From Octopus sinensis (lineage: Eukaryota): a stretch of DNA of 64,000 bases. The notes under the pieces were generated by a model. The model searched no databases, was not told the DNA's origin, and was given only the letters and a program-made list of their open reading frames with translations. Below are positions 1 through 12,952 of this stretch, one piece after another. A program made the translations under genes and the position numbers. The stretch lies in contig NC_043002.1 in the NCBI RefSeq assembly GCF_006345805.1, forward strand, positions 65,224,001 to 65,288,000. The letters are read 5' to 3'. How positions within the stretch are numbered: position 1 is the stretch's first letter; each line of letters begins with the position of its first letter.

Positions 1-189
1 TTAACATTAGAATGTTTGATATCGAAGTAGATAAAAATCTTCCGTTCACTGAATTTTATATATTCACATGTAATATGGAAAGGTTAAACATTGACTATTG
101 CTGTCCATCAGCTAGCGTTTGATGCCTGGGAAAAGAAACCTGACGACAAGCAGGCAATTGCGTATGGATGAAGGTATGGATGTGTGTGT

Positions 190-258
190 ATATATATATA
201 GTTAATCCAAGCATGAAAACACAAAGAGCAAACACAACACGAGAACATACACACACAC

Positions 259-325
<67 letters not shown>

Positions 326-500
326 ATATATAATATATATATAATATATATATATATATAATATATATGTGTGTGTGTATGTGTGTATATATCTCTTATT
401 ATAAATATATATATATATATATATAGAAAGATAGATAGATAGATAGATATATCTAGCTAGCTAGCTAGATAGGTATATAGATACATATATGTATGTTTGT
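190..500. repeat. Compound microsatellite (CA)n/(TA)n/(TAGA)n
   Basis: Directly visible dinucleotide and tetranucleotide runs; explains nearby YI/CV-repeat ORFs. Confidence 0.95.
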
Positions 501-504
501 GTGT

Positions 505-677
505 CTGTGTTTGTCCCCCTACCATCGCTTAATAACCGATATTGGTGTGTTTACCTTCCAACTTAGCGGTTCGGCTGAAGGAATCGATAGAATAAGTCCT
601 GGGGTCGATTTGTTCGATTACAGGCGGTGCTCCAGCTTGGCCGCAGTCAAATGACTGAAACAAATAAAAGAATAAAA
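505..677 (+). mobile_element. 3' module of a composite SINE family
   Basis: gtttgtcccc...accatcgctt...ggggtcgatttg...ggcggtgctccagc...gcagtcaaatgactgaaacaa; the same module recurs at about 53785-53977 (+) and 18398, 25472, 51755, 58104 (-). Confidence 0.8.
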
Positions 678-813
678 TATATATATGTATATATGTATGT
701 ATCTATCTATCTATTTGTCTGTCTATCTATGTATCTGTCTATCTATCTATGTCTTTCTATCTATCTATCTATATATCTATCTATATATATATCTATCTCT
801 CTATCTATCTATC

Positions 814-895
<82 letters not shown>

Positions 896-957
896 TGTGG
901 GTGTGTGGGTGTGTTATAAGTATACTTATGTGTTTAAAATTAAAATATAGTTTTTAG

Positions 958-1091
958 TATCAAAGTATGATAAAGTGATGTGGAGGCCTGATGATTGGGG
1001 TTATATTGTAAGAACGGTTCCTGCAAAATACGGCGTGGTTAAGGAACCGGAAAATGAACCGCAAGAAACACATGTAGCCCAGATATATGTA
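958..1091 (+). CDS. Candidate internal coding exon, product unknown ((x)SKYDKVMWRPDDWGYIVRTVPAKYGVVKEPENEPQETHVAQIYV)
   Basis: tttttAG acceptor at 956-957, GTAAGT donor at 1092, and 44 open codons with protein-like composition in otherwise stop-rich DNA. No homolog recognised. Confidence 0.4.
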
Positions 1092-1240
1092 GTAAGTATT
1101 AAATTAAATTAAAATTCTTTTATATGGTGTGATGAAGGGGCCTACTATCTCTAAATGAAAAATTATATATTTCCTCATTGAGAATAATTTGACCCCCTGT
1201 GACGCCGTAATTTTTATTTCCTAACAAACAAAATAAAATG

Positions 1241-1274
<34 letters not shown>

Positions 1275-1352
1275 CTTAGAAGTTTCAAATAGTGAATGTG
1301 TAGCAAAGCTAACGGCAATATCCCAGCATGGTAGCAGCTCTGGAGATTTATA

Positions 1353-1395
<43 letters not shown>

Positions 1396-1693
1396 TTGTG
1401 TGTGTGTGTGTATGTGTGTGCGTGTGTGTGTGAGTGTACGTGTGTGGGCGCGCGCGTTTGGACAAAAAGATGAAGAGGTTGACCATATAAGTTTTATGTC
1501 TCTTTACAGTTAGATGTTGGCACTAATTGATGACTGAACTGCTCCATATATTCTGTGAAGTAGATATTACAGAAATGTTAACCTCAGTTATATTACCATT
1601 ACGGTATTTCTCGGTCATGAGAGTAAATCGCCTAAAATTGTATCAACTAATAAATATTTTGAAACTGATAGAATTTTTAAAATTTTATGCCTC

Positions 1694-1834
1694 AAGGCTA
1701 TGACATGTAAGGCTACAACACGTAAGGCTACGACACGTAAGGCTACGACACGTAAGGCTACGACATGTAAGGCTATAACACTTAAGACTACGGCATGTAA
1801 GGCTATAACACGTAAAGCTACGACACGTAAGACT
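1694..1834. repeat. 15-bp minisatellite (aaggctacgacacgt, about 9 copies)
   Basis: Tandem units visible; produce the VVALR repeat in the minus-strand ORF 1615..1932. Confidence 0.9.
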
Positions 1835-1879
1835 TTCATGTCAATGCACAGTACTTTGTTCAAATGATGATGATGATGA

Positions 1880-3090
1880 TACCTGCGGCGAGTGAGAAAA
1901 ATACTGGCTTCAAAGCTGAATGCTAAAAACATAATTTCGGCAATAAACTCGTGCGCAGTCGCAGTAGTTCAGTTTGGCACTGGAATCCTGAAATGGACAG
2001 AGGAGGAGATAAAGGAGATGGACAGGAAGTCAAGAAAACTCCTAACGATCCATGGAGATCATCATCCACGTGCAGATACAGATCGCCAATACATGAAGAG
2101 AGCAATAGGGAAAGGGGACTGATATGTGTGGAACACCGCGTGCGTATCGGACTTGAGAACTTAATGAGATACCTAGCTCAAATTAAAGAAACTCTACTGG
2201 TGACAGTTAGGAACGAGGGATACTTAGGGCAGAGAAATAAAAGAAAACAAAGGAAGAAGTACAAAAGGGACATGAAGAAGAATTACGCAAGAAGATGCTG
2301 GAAAAAGCAAGTGGCTTTGGCTGTTGAAAGAAACCCTAAAAAAAGAGACCTAAAGCACTATACTGGCAACGCAAGACCAAGCTTTGGCTACAAACTGGCG
2401 GGTCTACCTTAGGAATGAGCATGTGTCAGTGCTGTGCCGCATCTGCAATAGAGTGGATAAAATCATTTACCCATATCATGAACGAATGCCCTAGACTTGC
2501 TCAAAATCATTACAAGTTATGGCGACACGACCAGGTAACGAAAGGGCTCCATTGTAAACTGTGAAAAGTTGAGGTTAGATGGTGGCAAGATGTGGTAAGA
2601 GCACAAACCGCAGAGAGTGGCTGAGTCGGAGACTAGCAAAATCCTCTGGGATTTCCGAATCCAAATAGATCAGGAGCATAACAGCCCGGATCTAGTGGTG
2701 GTAGACGATGTGCACCACGTATGTTATATAGCTGCTGTTGCATGCTCCTTTGACCCACGAATAGTCAAGAAAGAAGGCGAAAAGACAGACAGCTACAACC
2801 CTCCTAAGTACGAAATAGCCCGGCTATGGAAAATATAGGTGAAGATAGTGCCAATTATTTTAGGATCCGTGGGTAGTGTATCAGAAGGCATCAAGAAAAA
2901 TATAAAGTAAATTGGAACAGAGTACACAGTAGAACTGTTACAAAAGGTTTGCATCCTTGGCAGGGTCAGAACAAACAGGAAAATATTAACTGAAAAGATC
3001 AAATAACATGGTACCGTGGGCTGCAGGTAGCAATTCCGCTACGCATGCAAGAATCCTGGAGCTCCAATAAAACCTGTGCTAAACAGAAAA
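1880..3090 (+). mobile_element. 5'-truncated, frameshifted R4/Dong-like non-LTR retrotransposon (RT C-terminus, CCHC knuckle, REL endonuclease)
   Basis: YLRRVRKILASKLNAKNIISAINS...KW..EE..EMDRKSRKLLT.HG.HHPRAD.DR; CRIC..H..NEC; KILWDFRIQ..D...PDLVVVD...AVAC.FD...K...Y; ends in an (AAT)n tail at 3092. Confidence 0.85.
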
Positions 3091-3091
3091 T

Positions 3092-3116
3092 GATAATAAT
3101 AATAATAATAATAATA

Positions 3117-3147
<31 letters not shown>

Positions 3148-3397
3148 TCTAACTGGGCCTCACCTGCAAGGTCATGCGCTGTTTATCTTGATATGAGATC
3201 ATATCGCACACATATAGTTGTGATGCATATGCCTGGTGTACCTTATCAGACAGGTAGTCATGATGGGCATACTGGGCTTCGTATATTTTACCCCAGTGTC
3301 ACTTTGATGGCATGCACTGTTCTCTCACTCAATAATAATAATAACAATAATAATAATAATAGTAATAGTAATAATAATAATAATAATATTAATAGTA

Positions 3398-3436
<39 letters not shown>

Positions 3437-3439
3437 GTA

Positions 3440-3470
<31 letters not shown>

Positions 3471-3482
3471 TAGTAATAGTAC

Positions 3483-3514
<32 letters not shown>

Positions 3515-3517
3515 GTA

Positions 3518-3555
<38 letters not shown>
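3092..3555. repeat. (AAT)n arrays (3092-3147, 3331-3555) separating stacked retroelement 3' ends
   Basis: Direct; poly-N/poly-I/poly-L ORFs arise here. Confidence 0.95.
3148..3330 (+). mobile_element. Short non-coding insert between (AAT)n arrays, probably the 3' UTR of another AAT-targeting retroelement
   Basis: Unique 183 bp bounded on both sides by (AAT)n and ending ...ctctcactc-(aat)n like its neighbours. Family assignment is inference. Confidence 0.5.
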
Positions 3556-4606
3556 TTCGGAATTAGACATACAAGAAACAAGCACAGAAAAAGCTAAGCG
3601 CATGAAAACCCGTGCTAAAACTGCGGCCTTAGATATTCTGAATAATAAATGGCAAGAAAAACCTCTCTATGGCAAATACCCAAAGAGAACGAATAATGCA
3701 AATGTTGACAAAGCCGTGACCCAACAATGGCTAATGGCCTCTGGCTTAAAATCTGAAACAGAACGGTTTATCATAGCAGGTCAAGATCAATGCCTACCAA
3801 TAAGAAACTACCAGGCCGACATATTAAAGAACGGCAGTAGCCCAACATGTCGTGTATGTCAACAACAAAATTAAACCATTGATCATGTTGTCTCCAAGTG
3901 CAGTCTTCTAGCGCCTACAGAGTATTTCAACAGGCATGATAGAGCTGCACAATATATTCACTGGGTAATTTGCAAAGAAACAGGATTTGTCCCATGAAAA
4001 ACCTGGATTTGCCCCACAAACCACCTCCAGTGCTTGAAAATGACCACATCTCACTCCTCTGGAACTTCACCATTCAAACTGACAGAAAGATAGATGCAAA
4101 TAGGCCAGACATCATATTGAAAAACTTCAGACAAAGAACATGCCTCCTCATTGATATGACTGTCCCAATCGATATAAGCGTATCTGTCAAGACCTACCAA
4201 AAACTGAGCAAATATAAAGATCTTGAAATAGAAATCAGCAAAATTTGGAACCTGAAAACTAAAACAATACCTGTTGTCATAGGTGCCCTGGGAATGATAG
4301 TGAAAGGGGCTGATTGCTACCTAACTCAGATACCAGGAAACCCCAAAATGGCAGAAATTTATAAGATAGTGCTCATGGGAACTGCTCATATCCTACGCAA
4401 AATACTTTCAATGTAATCTCAGGATTTAAAACAAACATAATTTTCGTTTTTTTCTTTGGACATTCACTAGTACAACACCAAAAAAAAATATATATATATG
4501 GCACACTAGGCATAACAACAACATGAACTTCCAACCTGTTGTCTCTTGAGGTCTCTGGGTGAGACTTGGAGCCAACTTGTACAAATGCAAAGCAAAAGTC
4601 AAACAT
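3556..4606 (+). mobile_element. 5'-truncated R4/Dong-like LINE (second family) with CCHC and REL domains
   Basis: KWQEKPLYGKY..WL..SGLKSETE.FIIAGQDQ.LP.RNY; CRVC...N*TIDHVVSKC; RHD; LLWNFTIQTDRKIDANRPDIILKN...LIDMTVP...K..KYKDLEIEI; followed by (AAT)n at 4607-4630. Confidence 0.9.
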
Positions 4607-4623
4607 AAAATAATAATAATAAT

Positions 4624-4673
<50 letters not shown>

Positions 4674-5049
4674 CTCACATGCTGCTCACCAGCCCTTATC
4701 GTGAAATCACAGACTTTTCAAATAAATTTATTTTGTTTGAACTTCAATGGAGGATTTAAATATTCATTGACAACTGCATTTTAATTTAAGTGACTCAAGT
4801 GGCCATAATTCTTTAAGACTATTAAGTGGAACATCACAGAAAAATATTAAGCTACCTATATTTTCAAAATATTTTAAGTAGCTCATATGGAAAGGTATAT
4901 TCATAATTTGCTTAATTTCCCTGTAATGTTTGTGGTTGTTGTTCCTTTCATCCATCACGTTTATATTATTAAATCTTTACTGCCTTTGAACCATTTTTAA
5001 TTGATGTCGATATTAGAACATATAGTTAGACACGTCTACTTATTGTCCC

Positions 5050-5540
<491 letters not shown>

Positions 5541-6172
5541 TTGATAACTGATGTAATATGAAATAGTGAAAGTGACAAAGGAAGACAAGTAAAAGGAACA
5601 CAGATATAGAGGGCTTTGAACTGTTGAAATTTTTTAACACCACCTTAATTTCGGATTACTAGTAAAATATTCCTGATAGATAAGTTGAAATTTAGGATTC
5701 GTATCTTTTGCATCTCTCGAATAATAATGTAACAATCAAAATTTTAAGCTTTATACGTCCTTTTACAAAATAACGTCAGTGTGCTGACTTCTTCCAAAAA
5801 AATAATAAAATAATTAAATAAATATTTAAGTTTGTGGATTCAAAAATCTTGTGAAATCTTGCGGGAATTAGGTAGGCACTGTGAGAATATGTCTACTTCA
5901 AAGCAATAATTTGTGTACGTTTGTGTTGTTATTGCTGTTGTTCTTGTTGTTAGTCCTTATGTTTGTTTTTTAATTTATTTATATTTCTTCCATACTTGAA
6001 TTTATGAAACGAAGCAAAAGAGATATTATTATAAGTGAAAAGACGATTTACAAGTTGCTTATGAAAAATTCAATCACAAATCGGAATTTAATACACTGAG
6101 GAATTTTATACATAGAGGAGAGTGATCCTATTGAATCATGAAGAATATAAGGGAGATTTCTACTAAGATTTC

Positions 6173-7027
6173 TACGAGACGGTATACAAATTTCCCCGAA
6201 CTAGTTCTGTAGCTCGGCAACATATGACAGCACACGGTTGCGTGTGCAACGTGAGCTAGCAGTGACTTTCGTGAGGCAGTGAGCCGAGTGGAATCGTTGT
6301 GTTTACTTCGCAAGTTGTGAAATTTGGGGTTTTGTGATTACTATGTTCTGTAGCCCGCGATTGTATCATGGACAGGTACAACGAGCCAACATGAAAGTTT
6401 GCGATAAACTTGGGAAGTCTGCTACAAACTTCAGCAAGCTTATGGCAACGACGCAATGGGTTGTACACTATATTTCGAATGGCACGTTTGCTTCAAATGT
6501 GGAAGAACTTCCCTGGAAGACAATGAGCAATATGGAAGACCTATCACGCGAGCCACTTCTGGTATTGTACTTCGAGAATCCGTCCTCCAGTGCCAGACCA
6601 GCAATCGAGATTTCTGCTGCGACGTTTTGAAACGTTCGAGGGAAGACGTTCAGCAAAAGAAATAGGATCTTTTGAGGGCAAAATATTGGTTTCTTCACGA
6701 TAACAATGCAACCTGTCATTGAGCTCTTCTCACCCGTAAGTTTCTCCCCCAAAAAACAAGTAGGCAATACTTCCGCAACCTCCCTATTCGACAGATCTAA
6801 CACCTGTGGACTTTAATCTCTTTCCCAAGATGAAAATGCAACTCAAAGGTTGCCGTTTTAATACTTTTATATGGCGAATCGCAGAAGGTCCTGAACTCGC
6901 TCATGGAACCGGTATGTCGCTGTACAAGTTGATAATTTCGAAGGATATTATGTCAGAACTTAGGTAAATAAGTTATTTTTTTTATTAAACATAACTAGTC
7001 CTCGAACAATTTTGATACAACCTCGTA
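6173..7027 (+). mobile_element. Internally deleted mariner-family transposon
   Basis: N-terminal HTH (QRANMK.CDKLGKSAT..F..YGNDAMG...FEWH..FK.GRTSLED.E..GRP) joined to catalytic C-terminal pieces (GIV.RE...Q..N.DF..DVLKR.RED...WFLHDNNA.CH; PY..DL.P.DF.LFPKMK.QLKG.RF). Degenerate TIRs tacgag..gtat.caaa..actagtt at both ends with terminal TA. Confidence 0.85.
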
Positions 7028-7364
7028 TGTTCATATTTTAAATACATGAAACAAAGTTGTATGAATGTATATCCGATAGTGTGGTCGGATGGTGATAGGG
7101 AGTGCGAGAATCGAAACGATGAATCGCAAACTAATTCTTAATATTTTGCGGCAGATTCGAACGTACATATGCGAATCGCTGTTGTGTTTCATCTTTGAAG
7201 AACAATTTCTCCTTGTAAGCAAATGTTTGCTCATGACACACTCTGTTAGTTAATGGAAGGAGAATTTGAGGCTCTCGCTGTTCACATTGAACATGACCAT
7301 CTATTATCTGTTTGCATCAGCAAGTAATTTGCTTGCTGAAGTTACAAACAAGAGACCGGAAATT

Positions 7365-8460
7365 CGTATTAGATTCATTAAATCAAATGATACAATAATG
7401 GCATCTTTGTTGACGATTTAACGGAGATGGTTTAACAAGTTCAGATCGTCTCTTGCAAAACTCGGTATGTGTTTTAAAATAGGTTTTAATAATATATCTA
7501 AAACAGCTGCTGAGTCCGTCTGCTTCACAGTTTGGACCTGCTACATTTGCTCTAAATCTTTGGTCAGTTGGCCGTTGTATGTTTAAGTAATTTGAAGTTG
7601 ATTCTTTACAGGTAACCTTAATGGTTTGGTTCTTATTAAATTTGCGGAGAGCGTAGAAGTAGCACTCAAAATGAATTAGATACTCACATTTTTTTTACTT
7701 GTTAAGCCAGTCTGACGGCGGTGACTGAGTGTGTTCAATTTTATCATCGTTTTTAATATCTGGTAATTGTTAACCTTTTCGTAATAGGCCTTATCTTGCA
7801 GTAGAGGTTATATAGCACCTTTGTAGTGTTCAACATCCAGAATAATTATAGCACTTCCGCATCTTCTTCTTCAAATATAAAGTTGTTATTGTTTTCGAGT
7901 TCGTGTATAATTCCCCATTACTTTCGGCTGGTATTGGGTTTGATTTTAGGATGTGGTAGTTCTGCGTATGGGAAGGTGGATATAAAATTGCAAAATTTAG
8001 CAAGTGCTTCATTCTTACATTTCGTGGGCTTGTAATTGCTTTCGTTTCTCACAAGTAATTTATCCTGATTTCAATCAAATAATTCCTATTAGGCGGAACA
8101 TGTTAGAAAACTGTAATATATTGTCGTGTATTTCATTGGAGGTAGGTGTTTGGAGTGAATTTTATGTCTTTAGGGAGAATATTAATTTCCTGTACTGAGT
8201 AAAAAAATTTTAAAGGTTAATTGTATTTGGTTTCTGATCTTCGGTTGATACCATCGGGTGTCGAGAGTTCTGACGGTTGCGTTTAAAAAGCGATCTTTCA
8301 AATTTGTTATTATGTATCCGTTGGTATTTTCTGTTATTTCGTCTTCTTTTGTATTGAATTTGTTGATTTGGATTGGGATTCTTTCTGTCTATAATTGTTT
8401 TTCCCGTTGTTACTTTTTCCAAACGAAACTCACTCTTAGAAACAGACTTACTATACATAG
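7365..8460 (-). mobile_element. Decayed Penelope-like element (N-terminal region and RT start)
   Basis: Minus-strand frameshifted translation R.NVAGPNCE..LS..LDILLKPILKHIPSFARDDLNLLNHL...NKDAIIVSFDL.NL.TNF resembles PLE RT; upstream basic ORF 8210..8548. Confidence 0.7.
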
Positions 8461-9083
8461 ACAACAAATACGAGACTCCAGTACGAGGCAGATACCACTC
8501 AGTGGACACATAGACAGAAGTGCAATAAATATGTCTCCCAAGTACCAAGTCTTTCCATTTTACCTTTGTTCAGTCAACACCACGGGCGAAGCACAGAGAA
8601 ACAAAAAATATATTCATAGAAAAGTACAAACGAAGACTGAATGCACGTTAACAATTTCTATTCACAAACAGCTGTTCACTCACAAAATCATTCTACTACT
8701 TAACTTGCTGAATCTATACAGCTAACAACCTAAACTTTCGACACAATCCTGACGGCTAACTGGCAGATTCTTGATATACACATAAGTGTTGAATGGTCAG
8801 AAACAAGACTCTTAGTAGCTCTATATTTCATACCTGCATACATAGACACAAACCATAGTTATTCAACCACTAGACTGCATAGAAACAATTCCTATCCACT
8901 CTACCGCTCGACAGATTAAAGTTAGAGAAACTTATTTTGGGACTGTAACGAGACACATTCATTCAACCGTGTCAGCCTTGATTTTCGATGCAAAATATAT
9001 TGTCACATGTTAATGCACGGACGTAGTGGGGAACCTATAAACATTCCTAAGACTACTACTAATCACGAGATTTTCCTCTATTA

Positions 9084-11614
9084 CAAGCTTATCAAACATG
9101 CAGCCTGCAGGCCGCATGCAGCCTATTGTAAGCACACCTGCGGCCCGTACAAACGGCCGCCCCTTCCCCACGATCGCACTGGGCTCATCGGATCTGGGTT
9201 TGATTACAGGAAAGAATAAAGTTATACAATTACTCGAGGCTCCTATCAGCAACTGCTAATCCGAGGTTCCAGATGTTTCGTACATCGAACGTTACAGAAG
9301 TTTGCACATAGTGGTATATACCTGCCAACGTTCATACGAGTGCATTCTCCCTTCTCTTCGTCATTCGTTAAATTCTCATCTGGTGGAATTGAGTTAAGAG
9401 AGTGCATTCAAGCTTTGCATTGTCTGTGTCCTGCGATTCTGCCTCGGTGTGCTGCATTTCCAGGGAGTAGACGCATTTCCGGTGAGTAGCCTTACAAATC
9501 TATTACGTCTTTTAAATGGCTAGTGCTTCTCCGGCTAAGAGAAAAACAAATTTAAACGAAGAAGGGCGAGTGTTTCAATAAAACTGGGAGTTATAGTAGT
9601 TTTGCCCAACGGTGGTTAGATAAATACATCGTTTAATTGGCAACAACAGCATTTGCCACGCCGAAAGAGTACAACTTTAAAAGACATTATGAATCGAAAC
9701 ATCGATCTTTCGATAAATATGAATATCCAATGTGTGTTTCAAGACTCATGGAATTGAAGGCTATCCTGACACAACAACAGACTTGTTTTACGAAAAATCA
9801 GAAAGGAAATGTCGCTTCCGTTACTGCAAGCTATGAACTCAGCCGAATGATCGCCATGAACTGGAAATCTTGCAGTGAAGGAGATTTCGTAAAGCAATGC
9901 CTTGTAAAATCAGCTGAAATTGTGTGCCCAGAGAAGGCACGCTTATTCAAAGATATTTCATTAATCAGGAACACTTGCTGAGCGGATTGATGAAATGTCA
10001 GGTGATTTAAGACAGCATTTGAAAGCCGCATCATCAAGATTTGAAAATCTTTCTATTGCTATTGATGAGACAGTTGACATCACTGGAAGGGCACAGCTTT
10101 GTTATGAACTAATTGAACTGATCTCCATGCATGCCACAACAAAAAGCCAGGACATATTTGAGTAAGTCGAAAAGCTTCTGCATGACTATAGTTTTGATTC
10201 GAGTAAATTTGCATGCTTATCTACCGTCGCTTGGCAAACATAATAGTGTTGCTGCCAAGTTACGAACATAAATAGACAATTTGCATCCGGATTCATCATT
10301 TGCACACTTTCATTGCATTATTCATCAGCAAAATTTGTGTTCAAAGATTTTGAAATTGGATCATGTGCTTAGTTTAGTCACAAAGACAATGAACTATATC
10401 AAAGGCCGTGCTCTCAACCACCGTCCCTTCAGCCAGTTGTTGGAAGATATGGATAATTACTTCCATATTTCACAGAAGTCCGCTAGCTGTAATGCCACAA
10501 AGTGCTGAAAATATTTTGCTTGTTGAGACAAAAAATAATTATGTGTTTGACGATGAAATAAAGGATGAGAGTGGGCCCCAGGATCTGGCTTTTGCTGAGA
10601 ACAATACTTCACAATTAACTGATCTCAACTTGAAATTACAAGGTAAAAGCAAACTCATTGCTCAGTTGCATGATGACATCAAGTGTATCATTCCAAAATT
10701 AAGCTTATGGAAATCACAGTCGTTAAATAAAAATTCAGTTCATTTTCCTAAATGCAAAGAGCTGAAAAATGCTGCTGATACTGATTCTATACTTAGCTTT
10801 GCTATACTATACTTTGCTGAGATTATACTTAGCTTTGCTAAGTATAACAGTCACCTGGAATTGTTATCAACAGAATTTCAGGAACGATTTCGTGATTTCT
10901 CATCATTTGAACATCAGTTTACTTTATTCTCAGCACCATTCACCTTTGATATTGCTAAGGTAGAAAAAAGCCTGCAGATGAAACTATTAGAAACGCAGTC
11001 GAATTCTTCACTCACAGCAAAGTATTTTCAAGCAGGGATACGTGGTGTCTTTGCATGCCTACCTGAAAATTTAAAAAACTTCAGAGAGTTTTCCACAAGG
11101 TTTACAGGAATGTTTGGTTCTACCTATGTGTGTAAACAGTTATTTTCCTTCATGAAATCAACAAAGACTTCTCAGAGAACAAGGCAGACTGATCAACAAT
11201 TATCATCTCTGATCAAACTCAGAGCAGCACAGACATTTCAGCCAGACATACCAAAAATTGTCTGCAAAACGAGATGTCAAGCCTCAGGTCAAAACACGAA
11301 AACTGTTTGAACAGTCGTTGATAAGTATTCATTTTGAACTATTGTAATTTTTGTACAATGTATTTGTTGCTGTTATATTCAAATCTAAGTTGCCGTTTAA
11401 AATTTCGTTTCTGTTTTCTTTTGTTAAAGTACTTCATTACTTTGCCGTCTTGAATGTGGCCAAATAATATTATGTTTCTAAGTGTAAATAAGAAAAATAT
11501 ACTGCAATAATTTTTATTAAATGACTTCAATTATAAATGAAGCGAGTACGGCCATCATGGCAACATAAATGTGACCCATATGGCCTTCGTGGCACGCTCA
11601 TTTTAATATGCCTG
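9084..11614 (+). mobile_element. hAT DNA transposon (Buster/Charlie/SPIN, GTF2IRD2-like), full length, inactivated
   Basis: Imperfect TIRs CAAGCTTATCAAA / reverse complement CAGGCATATTAAA; 8-bp TSD ctctatta (9076-9083) / ctctacta (11615-11622) with the nnnTAnnn Buster pattern. Confidence 0.9.
9516..11310 (+). pseudogene. hAT transposase pseudogene (multiple stops and frameshifts)
   Basis: KEYNFKRHYESKH (BED-like), SIAIDETVD, HCIIHQQNLCSK, LN.KLQGK, F.ERF.DF, MFGSTYVCKQLFSFMK..K...R. Confidence 0.9.
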
Positions 11615-12269
11615 CTCTACTACATTTGAGAGATAAAACTCAAATAGCCTTGACTGTTAGAATTGCCTCTAACATGTCCACTCGGCCGTGACAGCTCCAA
11701 TGAACGACACCAAACATATTGTCACATGGCATTAACGAACGGACGTAGCGGATTTCTTACGAAAGTTTCTAAACCTGATCATATAATTTTCCTCGAACAA
11801 TCAAACCTTACTCAAAACGGATACTAATTTGAGACATGTTCTCTCTATAAAAACAAGACAATTTTTCAATTCTACTCAGGTGCAATGCAGTTGCAGCATA
11901 GTTTCACGGCTTTCTATCTCCACTTTTGAAAATCAGAGAAAATAAAAATAATCTAAGTGGATACCAATGTATTTTCAACTTCGATTTTCTATATTTTAAC
12001 CCATGTAGAATAAAATAACTTTGTTTATATATATATATGATTTCAAAATGTAAAGACATGTGGATTGTTGGCGATTTTTTCCTCCGTCTTCCTTTTCTCT
12101 TGGGCTTTCCTCTGCCTCCTGTTTCTGACGAAGAACTCTGCTTGAAACGTAAAACAACCTTTCTTTCCTTCGCTAAGGGTCTTTTAATACCTTGCATGTA
12201 CCACGTCCTCGCATTGTTTGTTTTTCTTGTGGTTTACCCCGTTTCGGGAGGATTAATTACATATAGACA

Positions 12270-12300
12270 GACAGACAGATATACAGATAGATAGATAGAG

Positions 12301-12365
<65 letters not shown>
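12270..12365. repeat. (GATA)n microsatellite
   Basis: Direct. Confidence 0.95.
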
Positions 12366-12463
12366 CTAATGGTAAGACAACAAAAGAATGACAGAAACCT
12401 CGATATTATATAAGTAGAGGAATTTATCTGTGATATAATATGTGACAATTATTCGGTTGCCAT

Positions 12464-12524
12464 AATAAAACTCCGAGTTTCGGATGTCGGGGCAGAAACC
12501 CGCAAATGCATCTCTTCAGTTATC
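12464..12524 (-). ncRNA. Minimal type-I hammerhead ribozyme motif (core intact)
   Basis: GATAA-CTGAAGA-[GATG..CATCC]-GAA-ACT CGG AGT-T^TTATT; 5-bp stem I, G-C closing stem II. Confidence 0.7.
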
Positions 12525-12543
12525 CAGATATTTTGATTGCCTC

Positions 12544-12604
12544 GATAACTGAAGAGGTGCCGGTGCGGGCTTCCGCCCCAATATCCGAAACTCGGAGTTT
12601 TATT
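12544..12604 (+). ncRNA. Minimal type-I hammerhead ribozyme motif (core intact)
   Basis: GATAA-CTGAAGA-[GG..GGGC TTCC GCCC..CC]-GAA-ACT CGG AGT-T^TTATT; predicted cleavage after 12599. Confidence 0.7.
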
Positions 12605-12674
12605 ATAGCAACCGATTAATTGTGACATATTAATCTTATCAAAATTAACTATTGCTTAACCATCCTCTCACACT

Positions 12675-12722
12675 GTCTCCGATGAAGGGATATAATAAAT
12701 AACATAGAAACAGCTGTAAGAC
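12675..12722 (+). ncRNA. Hammerhead relic (U4-to-C core mutation, eroded stem II)
   Basis: GTCT-CCGATGA-...-GAAAC AGCT GTA^AGAC. Confidence 0.55.
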
Positions 12723-12952
12723 CTATCTATAAACGTTCTAAAATCTACACAGCCTTGGGTTTTTTTTTATCTTATTACGAAAAAATATTTTATATACACA
12801 CGCTGACATAAGACCAGCTTTGAACCATTATTCGCTTAATCACCGAACCTGGAACTTAACTATGCTCTATCTATAGCACTTATTCAGCATTACCTGACAC
12901 CTTTGGATCTCAATGACACCATTACCTCTCATCACCTCATATATATATATAT

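Larger units (their letters stand above)
12438..12632. repeat. Fold-back cassette P1: about 87-bp inverted repeat with about 19-nt loop
   Basis: atatgtgacaattattcggttgccataataaaactccgagtttcgga...ctcttcagttatc versus gataactgaagag...tccgaaactcggagttttattatagcaaccgattaattgtgacatat. Confidence 0.9.

Noticed and set aside
112-173. Exon candidate LAFDAWEKKPDDKQAIAYG
   Set aside because: In-frame TGA before the donor, other frames closed, and phase incompatible with 958-1091.
1694-1834. CRISPR-like array
   Set aside because: Contiguous 15-bp tandem units without unique spacers, in a eukaryotic context.
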